64,000 nt of DNA, taken from NCBI GenBank assembly GCA_043228905.1, contig JBHGNT010000015.1:1240001-1304000 (forward strand), written 5' to 3'. The DNA comes from Azolla caroliniana (Eukaryota; Plantae; Polypodiophyta). The notes under the pieces were generated by a model. The model did no database searches, was not told where the DNA came from, and saw only the letters and a program-made list of their open reading frames with translations. Made by a program: the position numbers and the translations under genes. This document shows positions 24,201 through 36,900 of this stretch, piece by piece (the first letter of the stretch is position 1; every line of letters begins with the position of its first letter).

Positions 24201-27200
24201 CTCCATCCAAGGGTACACATATATCGTCGTCAATAGTGCCTCAGCCCAAAACTTCTTGGGTAGTTTTGCATGCGCCAACATACTCCGGACCCTCTCCATT
24301 ATGGTCCGATTCATCCTCTCGGCCAGCCCATTTAGTTCCGGCGTCTTCGGCACGGTAAATTCGAGCCGGTTTCCCTTCGAGAGACAATACTCCTCGAACT
24401 GCCCCCGGTATTCACCTCCGTTATCTGCTCGAACCGCCTTCAGCTTCTGGCCGGTTTCTCTTTCCACTCTCGCGTGGAGCTTTTTGAAGATGGATAACAC
24501 CTGATCATTCGTTTTCAACGGTGTGGCCCACAACTTCCTGCTGTGGTCATCTATGAACGTCACGAAGTACTACGATCCGGCATGTGACTTCGTGTCCACT
24601 TGACATACATCAATATGCACCAACTCCAATGGTGCATTACGTCTCATCGGTGGCCTCGATCGGAAGGAGGTCCGGTTTTGTTTACTGGCCAGACAATCAG
24701 TGCACTTCTCCAAGTGCACGTTCTTCACTGGAATGAGGTTGTCGTCTGCAAGCCTCTTCATCCCCTTCTCACTCATGTGACACATCCTCTTGTGCCACAA
24801 CTCACGGGCAATGTTGGATGCCACGTTCACTTCCTCCGGACATAACCAGGCATTCATCAGGTATAGGGTGTTGACCTTCCGGTCTCGAGCCACAATCAGG
24901 CTCCCTTTGCTGAACTTCATCACACTGTTCCGGATGCTACCCGTGTAGCCTTCATCATCTAGTCGACCAGCTGATATCAAGTTCAGACGAACCTCCGGAA
25001 CGTGTCGGACATCCTTCAGCAGCAGCTTGCATTTGGTTGGTGTTGTCAACCACACGTCTCCTATGCCGACAATTCGGCATGTACCTTCATTCCCCATCCG
25101 GACATAGCCATGATCACCGGCTGAGTAGGATGAGAAGCATTTCCGGTCCAGTGTAAGGTGGAACGACACTCCGGAGTCAACCACCTAGGTCATCTCGTCG
25201 CCGGCAAGGTTTAGCTCACTCTCCTCGGTGATGAGCATCAACTCTTCTTCACTTGCTCGATTGTCGTCGTTTCCTTCCGGTCCGGCCCCCTCCGGTCTTT
25301 ACCATTCCGGTCCGGTGTCCGCTTCGAATCGGTACCGTCGGTTTCCTTGTCTTTTTGGAAATGCCAACAGTTCTTCTAGAAGTGTCCCGGCTTGCCACAA
25401 TAGAAGCAAGTAGGCCTCCCCCTTGACTTTGACCGTGTCCCCGACTTTTCCCGATTCTGGGGGCTATGGTTCCTTTGTCTTCCGCGTTCCAATTCGGTAA
25501 GGAGCGCTTTGGAGTCGGAGCTCGTATCCTTATCTTTCCGACGCGCCTCCTCATCTAGCAAGCTCGACTTCACTCTTGCTAGGGATAACCGTTTCCCTTC
25601 CAGCCCGGCGTTGCCCAAAATGACAACCAACGTCTCCCAGCTATCCAAGACGGAACCGAGCAGGAGTAGCGCTTGTACCTCATCGGCGAGAGGTATTTCC
25701 AATGATGTTGCCTAGTGTATCAGCCCCTGGAAGGCATTCATGTGCTTCGCCATGCTGGAGCCATCTTGGTACCGGAGTCTTACTAGCTTCCGGAATACCG
25801 AAACCTGGTTAACAACATTTTTGTTTTGAAACATAATGCCAATCTTCTCCTAGAGCTCATGAGCCTTGCTCTCTTCATTGAAGTTGTTGTATAGGCTCAT
25901 GTCGATGAAGCACCATATGTACGTCATTGTCTTCATGTGCATCACCTCCCATATCGTGGCGTCGATTTTGTCCGGTTTCTTGTCCCCGAACTGAACCGAC
26001 AACCAAAGATCTTTAACCACGAGCATGTCCCTCATCTTCGACTTCCACACGGAATAGTTGGAGTCGGTGAGCTTGAACATGCCTCCCAACGATTCGTCCA
26101 TTTTCTGTGTCGTTTCGCTCTGATACCAGTTTGACAAGAACTACGCGCTCTCGGTGAACAACGTTCGGCCACAACCGAGCTTAGAATCATAAAACACAGA
26201 AAAACGGGGAATGAATGCACGACACAATGGAGAGAAGAGTACACAAGATGTTTACGTGGAAAACCCAAATACAGGAAAAACCACGGCAGCCCACAGACTG
26301 CAAACTATCACTATATCACAATGATTACAACAATGAGCTCATGGAGTCAACGACCTCGTGCTCACGATCTTCGCCACAAGCGGCGGTTACAACAGAGGCA
26401 ACGACCTCTTCGTTTCTTTCTCTCTTTCTCTCTCTGTACACTGTTGCATTCTAATCTTTTTCACCAACAAGAATGACAACAACATATTCACTAAGTTTGC
26501 CCTAAGTCATATTTATACTAATATGAATTTTCGGTTATTTACAAATATAGCCCCGATGGACTCTTAGAAACATATTTACGAATATGTCCCTTCATCCGGT
26601 GAGCACTCCTCACCGAGCCTGCATCATCCGGCGCTTGCCGAGCACTCATCATCCGGTTCTCACCGGGTCTTCCCATCCGGAGGGACCTATTTCCTAACAA
26701 ACTCCCCCTTCACTCCGGCATGGGATGTCTTACTAGTCTGATCCGCTTCCGGCATGCTTCCAACTTGTCAGGTATCAGTACTTTGGTCAGCATATCTAAC
26801 CCGTTCTCGGCCGTGTGGATCTTCGTCAGCGCGAACTCCTGGTCATCTACTCTTTCCTGGATCCAATGATACCTTCGCTGGATATGCTTCGTCCGAGAAT
26901 GGTAGGCCGCATTCTTAGCAAGGTGGATGGCACTTTGACTGTCGCAATAGAGCCGGTATTCATCTTGCCGGATACCGAGCTCTCTGATGAAGTCCTTCAT
27001 CTATAATATTTCCTTGCCGACTTCCACAACCGCCATGTACTCCGCCTCCGTAGTTGACAACGCAACCGTCTTCTGCAGCCTCGACTGCCACGAAACAACT
27101 CCCCCTGCATATGTCATTACATACTCGGATGTAGACCGGTTGGTATCCACATCAGCCGACATGTCCGAATCAGTAAAACCGTCAAGTTGAGGTTTACCAG

Positions 27201-30200
27201 AGCCGAATCGGAGACACATATTTGAAGTGCCCTTCAAGTACCGGAGTATCCATTTGACCGTGTTCCAGTGCTCCTTGCCGGGATTGCTCATAAACCGGCT
27301 CACCACTCCGACTGCGTATCCTATATCTGGTCGGGTACACACCGTTGCGTACATTAAGCTCCCGACGGCGGAGGCATATGGAACCTTCATCATATCAGCC
27401 TTCTCTGCTTTCGTCTTCGGGCTTTGCTTACCGGATAACCTGCAGTTTGCCGGAAGTGTCGATCCGACCGGTTTCGCATCTCACATGTTGAACCGCTAAA
27501 GCACCTTTGTCACGTACTTCTCCTGTGACAGCCACAATTGCTTCACTAACTGGTTCCGGATAATATGCATCCCCATCATCTGTCTTGCCGGACCCAAGTC
27601 TTTCATTGAGAAGGTTCGGTTGAGAGCCTTCTTCAACATCCGTATTTTGGCTTGGTCCCGTCCGACGATCAACATGTCGTCCACGTATAGAAGGAGTATC
27701 AGGAAATCGCCTCCTTCGAACTTCTTCACAAACACACAGTGATCGGCCTGCGTCTTGTGGTACCCTTGATCGGTCATGAAGGAGTCGAACTTCCGGTACC
27801 ATTGTCAGGGGGGAGCTTGCTTCAGTCCGTACAGGCTCTTCTTCAACCGGCAAACTAGTTGCTCCTTCCCTTTCTCCACGAATCCTTCCGGTTGCTGCAT
27901 GTAGATCTCCTCTTCAAGGTCACTGTGAAGGAATGTCGTCTTCACGTCCAGCTGCTCTACCTCGAGGTCCATGCTTGCCGCTATACTCAACACCATCCAG
28001 ATGGAGGTCATCTTTACTACCGGGGCAAATATCTCGTCGAAGTCCACGCCCTTCTTCTATTGGAACCCCTTCACCACGATCCTGGCTTTGTATCTCGGGG
28101 GGTTGCCGGCATCTCCCGGTTTCAACTTGTACACCCACTTGTTTCGGAGTGCCCGCTTTCCTTTTGGCAACTCCACCAATTCGTACATTTGGTTCTCATG
28201 CAGGGAATCCATCTCATCCTGCATGGCACTTAACCATTTTCGGTTGTGGGTGTCATCCTTCGCTTCTTCGAAGCTTTCTGGCTCCCCCTCATCGGTTAGC
28301 AACACATGCTCTGCATCCGGAAATCTCCGGGGGGCCCTTCTCTCTCTGAGAGGATATCTCCGTCTTTGGGCTTCGGTAATCTCCGGATATCTCTCTGAGA
28401 GGATATCTCCGTACATTTGGTTCTCATGCAGGGAATCCATCTCATCCTGCATGGCACTTAACCATTTTCGGTTGTGGGTGTCATCCTTCGCTTCTTCGAA
28501 GCTTTCTGGCTCCCCCTCATCGGTTAGCAACACATGCTCTGCATCCGGAAATCTCCGGGGGGCCCTTCTCTCTCTGAGAGGATATCTCCGTCTTTGGGCT
28601 TCGGTAACCGGCTCCTCCATTTGCTCTTCATCCGAATCCGATTCGGGGTCTTGGCAAGTTCCGGTTTCAGCTTCCTCCACTTCTTCTTCTACCGTTTCGG
28701 TATCCTCACCGTAACCGGCTGGTTCCTCGAGTGTTAACCGGTCTCTTGCCGGTTGGGTCTGCTCATCGTAGAATTGATCCTTACTCGTCGACTCGGAGTT
28801 CATTATCTTCTTCTCCGACTCCCAGTCGGCGAGCATCTTGTCCTCCATGAAGATAATATCTTGACTCCGGAATACCTTCTTGTCGACCAGGTCCCACACT
28901 CGGTAGCCGAACTCATCATCGTCGTAACCGAGGAATATGCATGGTCGGGTCTTCGGATCTAGTTTTCCTCTCCGATCCTTAGCTACATGCACATACGCAG
29001 GACACCCGAATACCTTCAGATGCTGGTAGGACACTTCCTTACCGGTCCAGACTCTCTGTGGCGTGTCTCCATCCAAGGGTACACATATATCGTCGTCAAT
29101 AGTGCCTCAGCCCAAAACTTCTTGGGTAGTTTTGCATGCGCCAACATACTCCGGACCCTCTCCATTATGGTCCGATTCATCCTCTCGGCCAGCCCATTTA
29201 GTTCCGGCGTCTTCGGCACGGTAAATTCGAGCCGGTTTCCCTTCGAGAGACAATACTCCTCGAACTGCCCCCGGTATTCACCTCCGTTATCTGCTCGAAC
29301 CGCCTTCAGCTTCTGGCCGGTTTCTCTTTCCACTCTCGCGTGGAGCTTTTTGAAGATGGATAACACCTGATCATTCGTTTTCAACGGTGTGGCCCACAAC
29401 TTCCTGCTGTGGTCATCTATGAACGTCACGAAGTACTACGATCCGGCATGTGACTTCGTGTCCACTTGACATACATCAATATGCACCAACTCCAATGGTG
29501 CATTACGTCTCATCGGTGGCCTCGATCGGAAGGAGGTCCGGTTTTGTTTACTGGCCAGACAATCAGTGCACTTCTCCAAGTGCACGTTCTTCACTGGAAT
29601 GAGGTTGTCGTCTGCAAGCCTCTTCATCCCCTTCTCACTCATGTGACACATCCTCTTGTGCCACAGCTCACGGGCAATGTTGGATGCCACGTTCACTTCC
29701 TCCGGACATAACCAGGCATTCATCAGGTATAGGGTGTTGACCTTCCGGTCTCGAGCCACAATCAGGCTCCCTTTGCTGAACTTCATCACACTGTTCCGGA
29801 TGCTACCCGTGTAGCCTTCATCATCTAGTCGACCAGCTGATATCAAGTTCAGACGAACCTCCGGAACGTGTCGGACATCCTTCAGCAGCAGCTTGCATTT
29901 GGTTGGTGTTGTCAACCACACGTCTCCTATGCCGACAATTCGGCATGTACCTTCATTCCCCATCCGGACATAGCCATGATCACCGGCTGAGTAGGATGAG
30001 AAGCATTTCCGGTCCAGTGTAAGGTGGAACGACACTCCGGAGTCAACCACCTAGGTCATCTCGTCGCCGGCAAGGTTTAGCTCACTCTCCTCGGTGATGA
30101 GCATCAACTCTTCTTCACTTGCTCGATTGTCGTCGTTTCCTTCCGGTCCGGCCCCCTCCGGTCTTTACCATTCCGGTCCGGTGTCCGCTTCGAATCGGTA

Positions 30201-31571
30201 CCGTCGGTTTCCTTGTCTTTTTGGAAATGCCAACAGTTCTTCTAGAAGTGTCCCGGCTTGCCACAATAGAAGCAAGTAGGCCTCCCCCTTGACTTTGACC
30301 GTGTCCCCGACTTTTCCCGATTCTGGGGGCTATGGTTCCTTTGTCTTCCGCGTTCCAATTCGGTAAGGAGCGCTTTGGAGTCGGAGCTCGTATCCTTATC
30401 TTTCCGACGCGCCTCCTCATCTAGCAAGCTCGACTTCACTCTTGCTAGGGATAACCGTTTCCCTTCCAGCCCGGCGTTGCCCAAAATGACAACCAACGTC
30501 TCCCAGCTATCCAAGACGGAACCGAGCAGGAGTAGCGCTTGTACCTCATCGGCGAGAGGTATTTCCAATGATGTTGCCTAGTGTATCAGCCCCTGGAAGG
30601 CATTCATGTGCTTCGCCATGCTGGAGCCATCTTGGTACCGGAGTCTTACTAGCTTCCGGAATACCGAAACCTGGTTAACAACATTTTTGTTTTGAAACAT
30701 AATGCCAATCTTCTCCTAGAGCTCATGAGCCTTGCTCTCTTCATTGAAGTTGTTGTATAGGCTCATGTCGATGAAGCACCATATGTACGTCATTGTCTTC
30801 ATGTGCATCACCTCCCATATCGTGGCGTCGATTTTGTCCGGTTTCTTGTCCCCGAACTGAACCGACAACCAAAGATCTTTAACCACGAGCATGTCCCTCA
30901 TCTTCGACTTCCACACGGAATAGTTGGAGTCGGTGAGCTTGAACATGCCTCCCAACGATTCGTCCATTTTCTGTGTCGTTTCGCTCTGATACCAGTTTGA
31001 CAAGAACTACGCGCTCTCGGTGAACAACGTTCGGCCACAACCGAGCTTAGAATCATAAAACACAGAAAAACGGGGAATGAATGCACGACACAATGGAGAG
31101 AAGAGTACACAAGATGTTTACGTGGAAAACCCAAATACAGGAAAAACCACGGCAGCCCACAGACTGCAAACTATCACTATATCACAATGATTACAACAAT
31201 GAGCTCATGGAGTCAACGACCTCGTGCTCACGATCTTCGCCACAAGCGGCGGTTACAACAGAGGCAACGACCTCTTCGTTTCTTTCTCTCTCTGTCTCTC
31301 TCTCTGTACACTATTGCGCTCTAATCTTTTTCGCCAACAAGAATGACAACAACATATTCACTAAGTTTGCCCTAAGTCATATTTATACTAATATGACTTT
31401 TCGGCTATTTACAAATATAGCCCCGATGGACTCTTAGAAAAATATTTACGAATATGTCCCTTCATCCGGTGAGCACTCCTCACCGGGCCTGCATCATCCG
31501 GTGCTTGTCAAGCACTCATCATTCGGTTCTCACCGGGTCTTCCGTTTTCGGGTACTCCTCATCCGGTTCTC
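21266..31571 (-). mobile_element. C5: tandem Ty1/copia (LTR-internal-LTR-internal-LTR, period 4866 bp) with pseudogenised gag-pol in both copies
   Basis: LTRs at 21266-21833, 26132-26699 and 30998-31571 (truncated). iMet PBS at 26117-26128 and 30983-30994. ORF fragments repeat exactly at +4866. TSD GGAAT (21261-21265 / 31572-31576). Confidence 0.95.
23316..23741. repeat. 198-bp in-frame duplication with a 30-bp filler inside C5, repeated at 28182-28607
   Basis: Copies start at 23316 and 23544 (period 228). The peptide EAQRRRYPL...HENQMY appears twice. Confidence 0.93.
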
Positions 31572-33722
31572 GGAATACCAACCGATCAAAAACGAGGGGA
31601 GACCGACAACGGTCGAAGTCGAGAATGGGCCGATCAGGCGAATTCTGCACACTGCAGAAAAGTTGGCCACAATGTTTCATACTGCTGGTCAATCAAGAGG
31701 AAAGAGAGTGGTAGGCGATCCGAGCGGAATCGAGGATGGTCCGACTCAGACCACTCTCTAGTCGGCAACCAAATCAACATTGTCGACTCCCGATCAGGAG
31801 AAGCTCTCTCCTTAGAGGATTCAGTGATCAAAGAAGTCCTCTACATTGCACAGGATGCACACACGTGGCTATTGGATTCTGGTGCCACATTCCATGTGAC
31901 CCCCAACATTGAATGGTTTTCGGCCTATTCAGCCAACGCCAATGGCACAATCCATCTAGGAAACGGGTAGGAGTGCAGAATTGCAGGCACCAGAGAGGTT
32001 CCCAGCCGATTGCCAAATGGCAACATAATAACCTTGCACCGAGTTCAGCATGTACCTAACCTGAAAAGGAGTCTGGTCTCCATCGGCATGCTAGCCGAAG
32101 ACGGGTACAAAACAACTCTAAGTGAATCGGTATGGATGATTAGCTGAGGAAACCTGAAGATAGGAGGCGGGCACAAGTACAACAACCTGTACCCGCTAAT
32201 GGCGATCAATCCAGAAGGGGTCATGAACGTAGCTGAAAAGACCAACCCAAACCTATGGCATGGCTGACTCGGCCATATGTCTCAAGCCGAACTTGATTGG
32301 TTGATGGCAATAGGCTACATCCCAAAACTCCAAGCAAAGATGGACTTCTACGAGCATTGTCGATACGGGAAACAGACCCGAAGTCCGTGCACTCTCCACT
32401 ATGAGATGGTACGACAACCCCTAGAGCTCGTGCACACAGATATATGTGGGTCCATGCCAGAGCAATCACTAGGAGGCTCCCGATACTTCATCACCTTTGT
32501 AGATGATTGTACACGGAAGGCCTGGGCCTACTCGATCAGGTACAAAGATGAAGCGCTTGAGGTCTTCACTCGGTGGATATCTAAAGTGGAGAACCAGTCG
32601 AGACACATAGTGAAGACACTCTGATCTGACAACAAAGGCGAATACACCTCCAAAGCCTTCAAACATTACCTGTCCAACAAAGGGATCCGACATCAAAAGA
32701 CCGTTCCCTACACACCCATGCAAAATGGAGTGGTAGAATGAATCAACAAAACGATCCAGGAGAGGGTGAAGAAAATGCTTTAGCAAGCTGGAATTCTGGG
32801 CAGAAGCATTGCAGACGGTAGTATACCTGATAAATCTGGCATCGTCAAGACCAATTAGGCTCGAAGTGCCACAGGCACTATGGTCAGGAAAATAGTCGAC
32901 CTACGATAGGCTCTGTATATTCGGATGTGAAGCCTACGCGTTCATCCCCAGGGATAAAAGGACAAAATTGGCACCCCATGCAACGAAATGTATATTTCTC
33001 GTTATGGAACCGATGGGGAATTCGTCTACAGGCTATGGGACCTTGAGAACCGGAAACTGATCCGGAGCAGTGACGTAGTCTTCAATGAAGACTCTATCTT
33101 CTCTCGACGGAACCATCAGAAAATAGTAGGGAAAAAGGTATCTTTCAAAGACGACAGAGACGTCGTAGAAAGACCGGCCCACCAAACCGAATCAGAGATT
33201 CGACGAATAGTCGAACTCGAACAAGACGACAACATACCTGCTGACTTCGAATCAATGCGAAGTCCACTAGTCGAACTCGAAGACAAAGCCATCAACGATA
33301 GAGCCTATTCAACCAGAGTCGTAGCAGGCAAAGTCAACAAGATGTGAGTAGGAAACAAAACCGAGTTGACGAAGTCCATAGGGGAGGACAACGTGACACT
33401 ACCGAAATCCCAACTTGGGGGAGGGTCACCCAACAAGACTCCTGACACAAACGGTTCAACAAGTACCGATCGACCTACAGAGCCGATTGAAGAATCTAAA
33501 CCACTTATCTCGGGACCCAGGAGATCTGGACGAGCCCGAAGGCCGAAAGAGTTCTATCAACCAGGCCTCGAGTATGTCAACTACACTGATGCAGGGGAAA
33601 AAAATACTTATGAAGAAGCTATGGCCGCAACGAACGCTGACACATGGCTATAAGCCATGAAATCTGAAATGGACTCGACTCACAAGAATCAGACATGGGA
33701 GCTGGTTGAACTACCATCTAGA

Positions 33723-33908
33723 TGTCGAATACAAGTGTATAATGGACGTATTCACACTATCCCTTTGTATAGATCAAGTTTGGGCCATTTGTGTAATTAG
33801 CATAAATGGTAGATGCCCTAAGTCTGTCACTATATATAGTGACCTTGTAACCTTCTTGTAAGGTTGGGTTGTATTATTGCTTTATGGAATAGAAAGAGTC
33901 GTTTTGTG

Positions 33909-33947
<39 letters not shown>

Positions 33948-36900
33948 GTGCAACGACCTAGAAACTGTCATACGCAGGTACAGAACAGAATCGAATGCTT
34001 CTTGATCTTCCGCATAGACGACCTCGTCTCCAACATCTGGTATCAAAGCCTGCACAGTATTCGGTTCTTCAATCCGCTGTCGGACGTCGTCTCAGCCTGC
34101 ACAGCATTCGGTTTCCTGCGTCATTCGAAGAAGAGAGAAGAAGAAAAAAAAAAACGAGGCTTGCATCTCATCGCGTTAGATCATCTTCGCTTGGAGTAAG
34201 CCAGCAGGTTGTACTCTGTTTCTTGTGATCGTAACCGCTCGAGGTGAAATCCCCTTGTGCAACATTGACACGATCGTGCTCCACTCGGTTAAACGGCATC
34301 CGAAGAGGTCATCAAACGCTGCTCGCCGCTCATTGCAACCACTTGGTGCAGATCGGTCTCAAGACAACAACCCCAATTCGTGCTTCATCCGGCTGATCGA
34401 CATTCGCGAGGATCAGTTGGATCCGTCTCTCTCGTCGCTGCAGTCACCCGAAGCAGAATCGGTCCAGACAATCGGTTTCAATAATCGGTATTTGGCATAT
34501 ATATTCGGAAGCGAACCGGGCTCACTCCGACTCGGCAACATTCGGGAAGACCAGTCGGTTCTGTCCCTCAAGTTACCGGAGTCAATTCGAGCAAGTTCAA
34601 CAATACATATATCCGAAGCCGAACCGACTCGGGTTCAAATCCGACTAGAACGATATCGGGTGAGCCAACCGGCTGCACTCCAACAAGGTTCGTAGTCAAC
34701 TCCGAACCGAGCTTCGTCAACCGAAACCAAATTTGATGGCATCAACATCCGGCTCGTCAGAAATGAGTCTACGAAAGTTCGATGGATCGAACTTCAACTT
34801 CTGGAAGGAGCAAATGCAGGACTATCTCATAGTCAAGGGGCAAATCGATCCCATCGAAAATGAAGAACCTCCAGAAGGATACAAACCAATTGAGTGGCAG
34901 AAGCTGGACAGAATCGTCCGCGCCACGATTCGGATGCACCTATCGGAATCGGTATACTTTACGGTGCAATCGTGTACGACAGCATTCGAACTGTGGAAAA
35001 CACTGTCGGACACCTACGAAAAGAAGGTCGCTGCAACGAAGATGTTTCTGATCCGGCGCCTCTACAACTTGCGGATGAAAGAATCCGATTCGGTTCAAGC
35101 ACATCTCAATGAGTACGAAAGCATAAGCTCCCAAATCTCGTCACAGGGGACGGCAATCGAGGATGAACTCAGAGCAATGATACTCATGAGCAGCCTTCCC
35201 TCATCATGGGAAACTTTCGTCACAACCGTGTGCAACGCGTCAACCACGGCTGTTAAATACTCCGAAGTCACGAGCGCAATCCTGACCGAAGCAGCTCGGA
35301 GAAAGTCTTTCGCCAAAGACTCAACAGACGACGCTTACATAGTACAAGGTTTGACAGACCGATCGAACATACGAGGAAGAGATTCCTCACGGCCACCGAA
35401 CAATCAACGAAGACGGAGCCAGTCACGGGATAATCGAATCTGCAACTATTGCAAGAAACCCGGACACATCAAAGCCGACTGCCGCGCACTCAAGAACAAG
35501 AACGACAAGTCTCAGAGATCAGACAAGAAGAGTGGCCGGCATGAGGAGATCAATTACGTCAGCTTCTCAGCTGATGTGCTACCAAACGACCCGAATATAC
35601 TATCAATCGAAAATCCAGTCGGATCAGAAGTTCTGCTCACGACTGAAGAATCGAGCACATGGCTTTTAGATTCGGGCGCGTCATTTCACGTGACTCCTCA
35701 TCGATCCCAATTTCGGCAATATACGATCCGTCACTCCGACTCAGTTCGGGTCGGCAACTCGCAACACTGTGACATCATTGGAATCGGCACAGTAGAGCTC
35801 AACCTTGCAGGTGGCTCTACACTTGTACTTCACAATGTCCGACATGTACCCGAGCTCTCAAGGCCATTGATCTCGGTCGGACAACTAGATGAAGACGGCA
35901 TTCGTGCCGGTTTTTCTTCGGGAGGGTGGACACTCCACAGGGGGAACCTCCTGCTTGCTAGAGGACCCAAGATACACTCACTGTATCCGTTACATGTTAC
36001 GCTCAGAGAGGGTAACCTGTTTTTGGTGGATATTCCTGTGTCATCACTATGGCACAGAAGGTTAGGACACCTCAGCAAGGCCGGCATTACGCATCTATCT
36101 AGAGCCGGATACATCCCTAAACTCTCCTTCTCGGAGCATCAATTCTGCGAACATTGCCAGTATGGCAAACAAGCAGCCGCATCACACCCGACATCAGCAC
36201 CAAGAGAAACGAGACCTCTCGATTTGGTCCACTCGGACGTCTGTGGCCCAATGCCGCATCAGTCTCTCGGCGGTGCCTCTTACTTCGTCAGTTTTATTGA
36301 CGATTCGACTCGAAAGGTGTGGGCTTATCCAATTCGCACCAAAGATCGTGTCTTCTCGATCTTCTCCGATTAGCTCGCTATGGTAGAAAATCAAACCGAC
36401 CGAAAACTGAAATGCTTTCGGACCGACAATGGGGGAGAGTTCAAATCAGAAGAATTCGTCAAATTCTGCCGACAACGCGGCATCCGACGTGAATTTACGG
36501 CACCACACAGTCCGGAGCAAAACGGGATTGCCGAACGCATGAATCGGACAATCCAAGAACGGATAGTTTCCATGCTCCAACACTCCGGACTGTCAGATGG
36601 CTTCTGGGCAGAGGCTCTACTCACGGCAGTACACATAATCAATATGTCGCCAAGCAGACCTCTAGGACTTCAAATTCCTCAGGAACTATGGATCGGCAGT
36701 AAGCCGAATTACGACAAGCTGAGGATCTTCGGATGCGAGGCGTACGCCCTTATTCTGAAAGATGATCGCCGAAAACTTGCACCTCGGTCCAGGAAATGCA
36801 TTTTCCTTGGATATGGATCCGACGGCGAAATGGGATACCGACTCTGGGATCCCGAACGCAGACAAATCGTCCGAAGTTCGGACGTTGTGTTCAACGAGTC

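Noticed and set aside
36371-36373. Possible programmed read-through stop in C6
   Set aside because: It falls inside the integrase core where Trp is expected. With the second CGA>TGA stop, it fits ordinary mutation.
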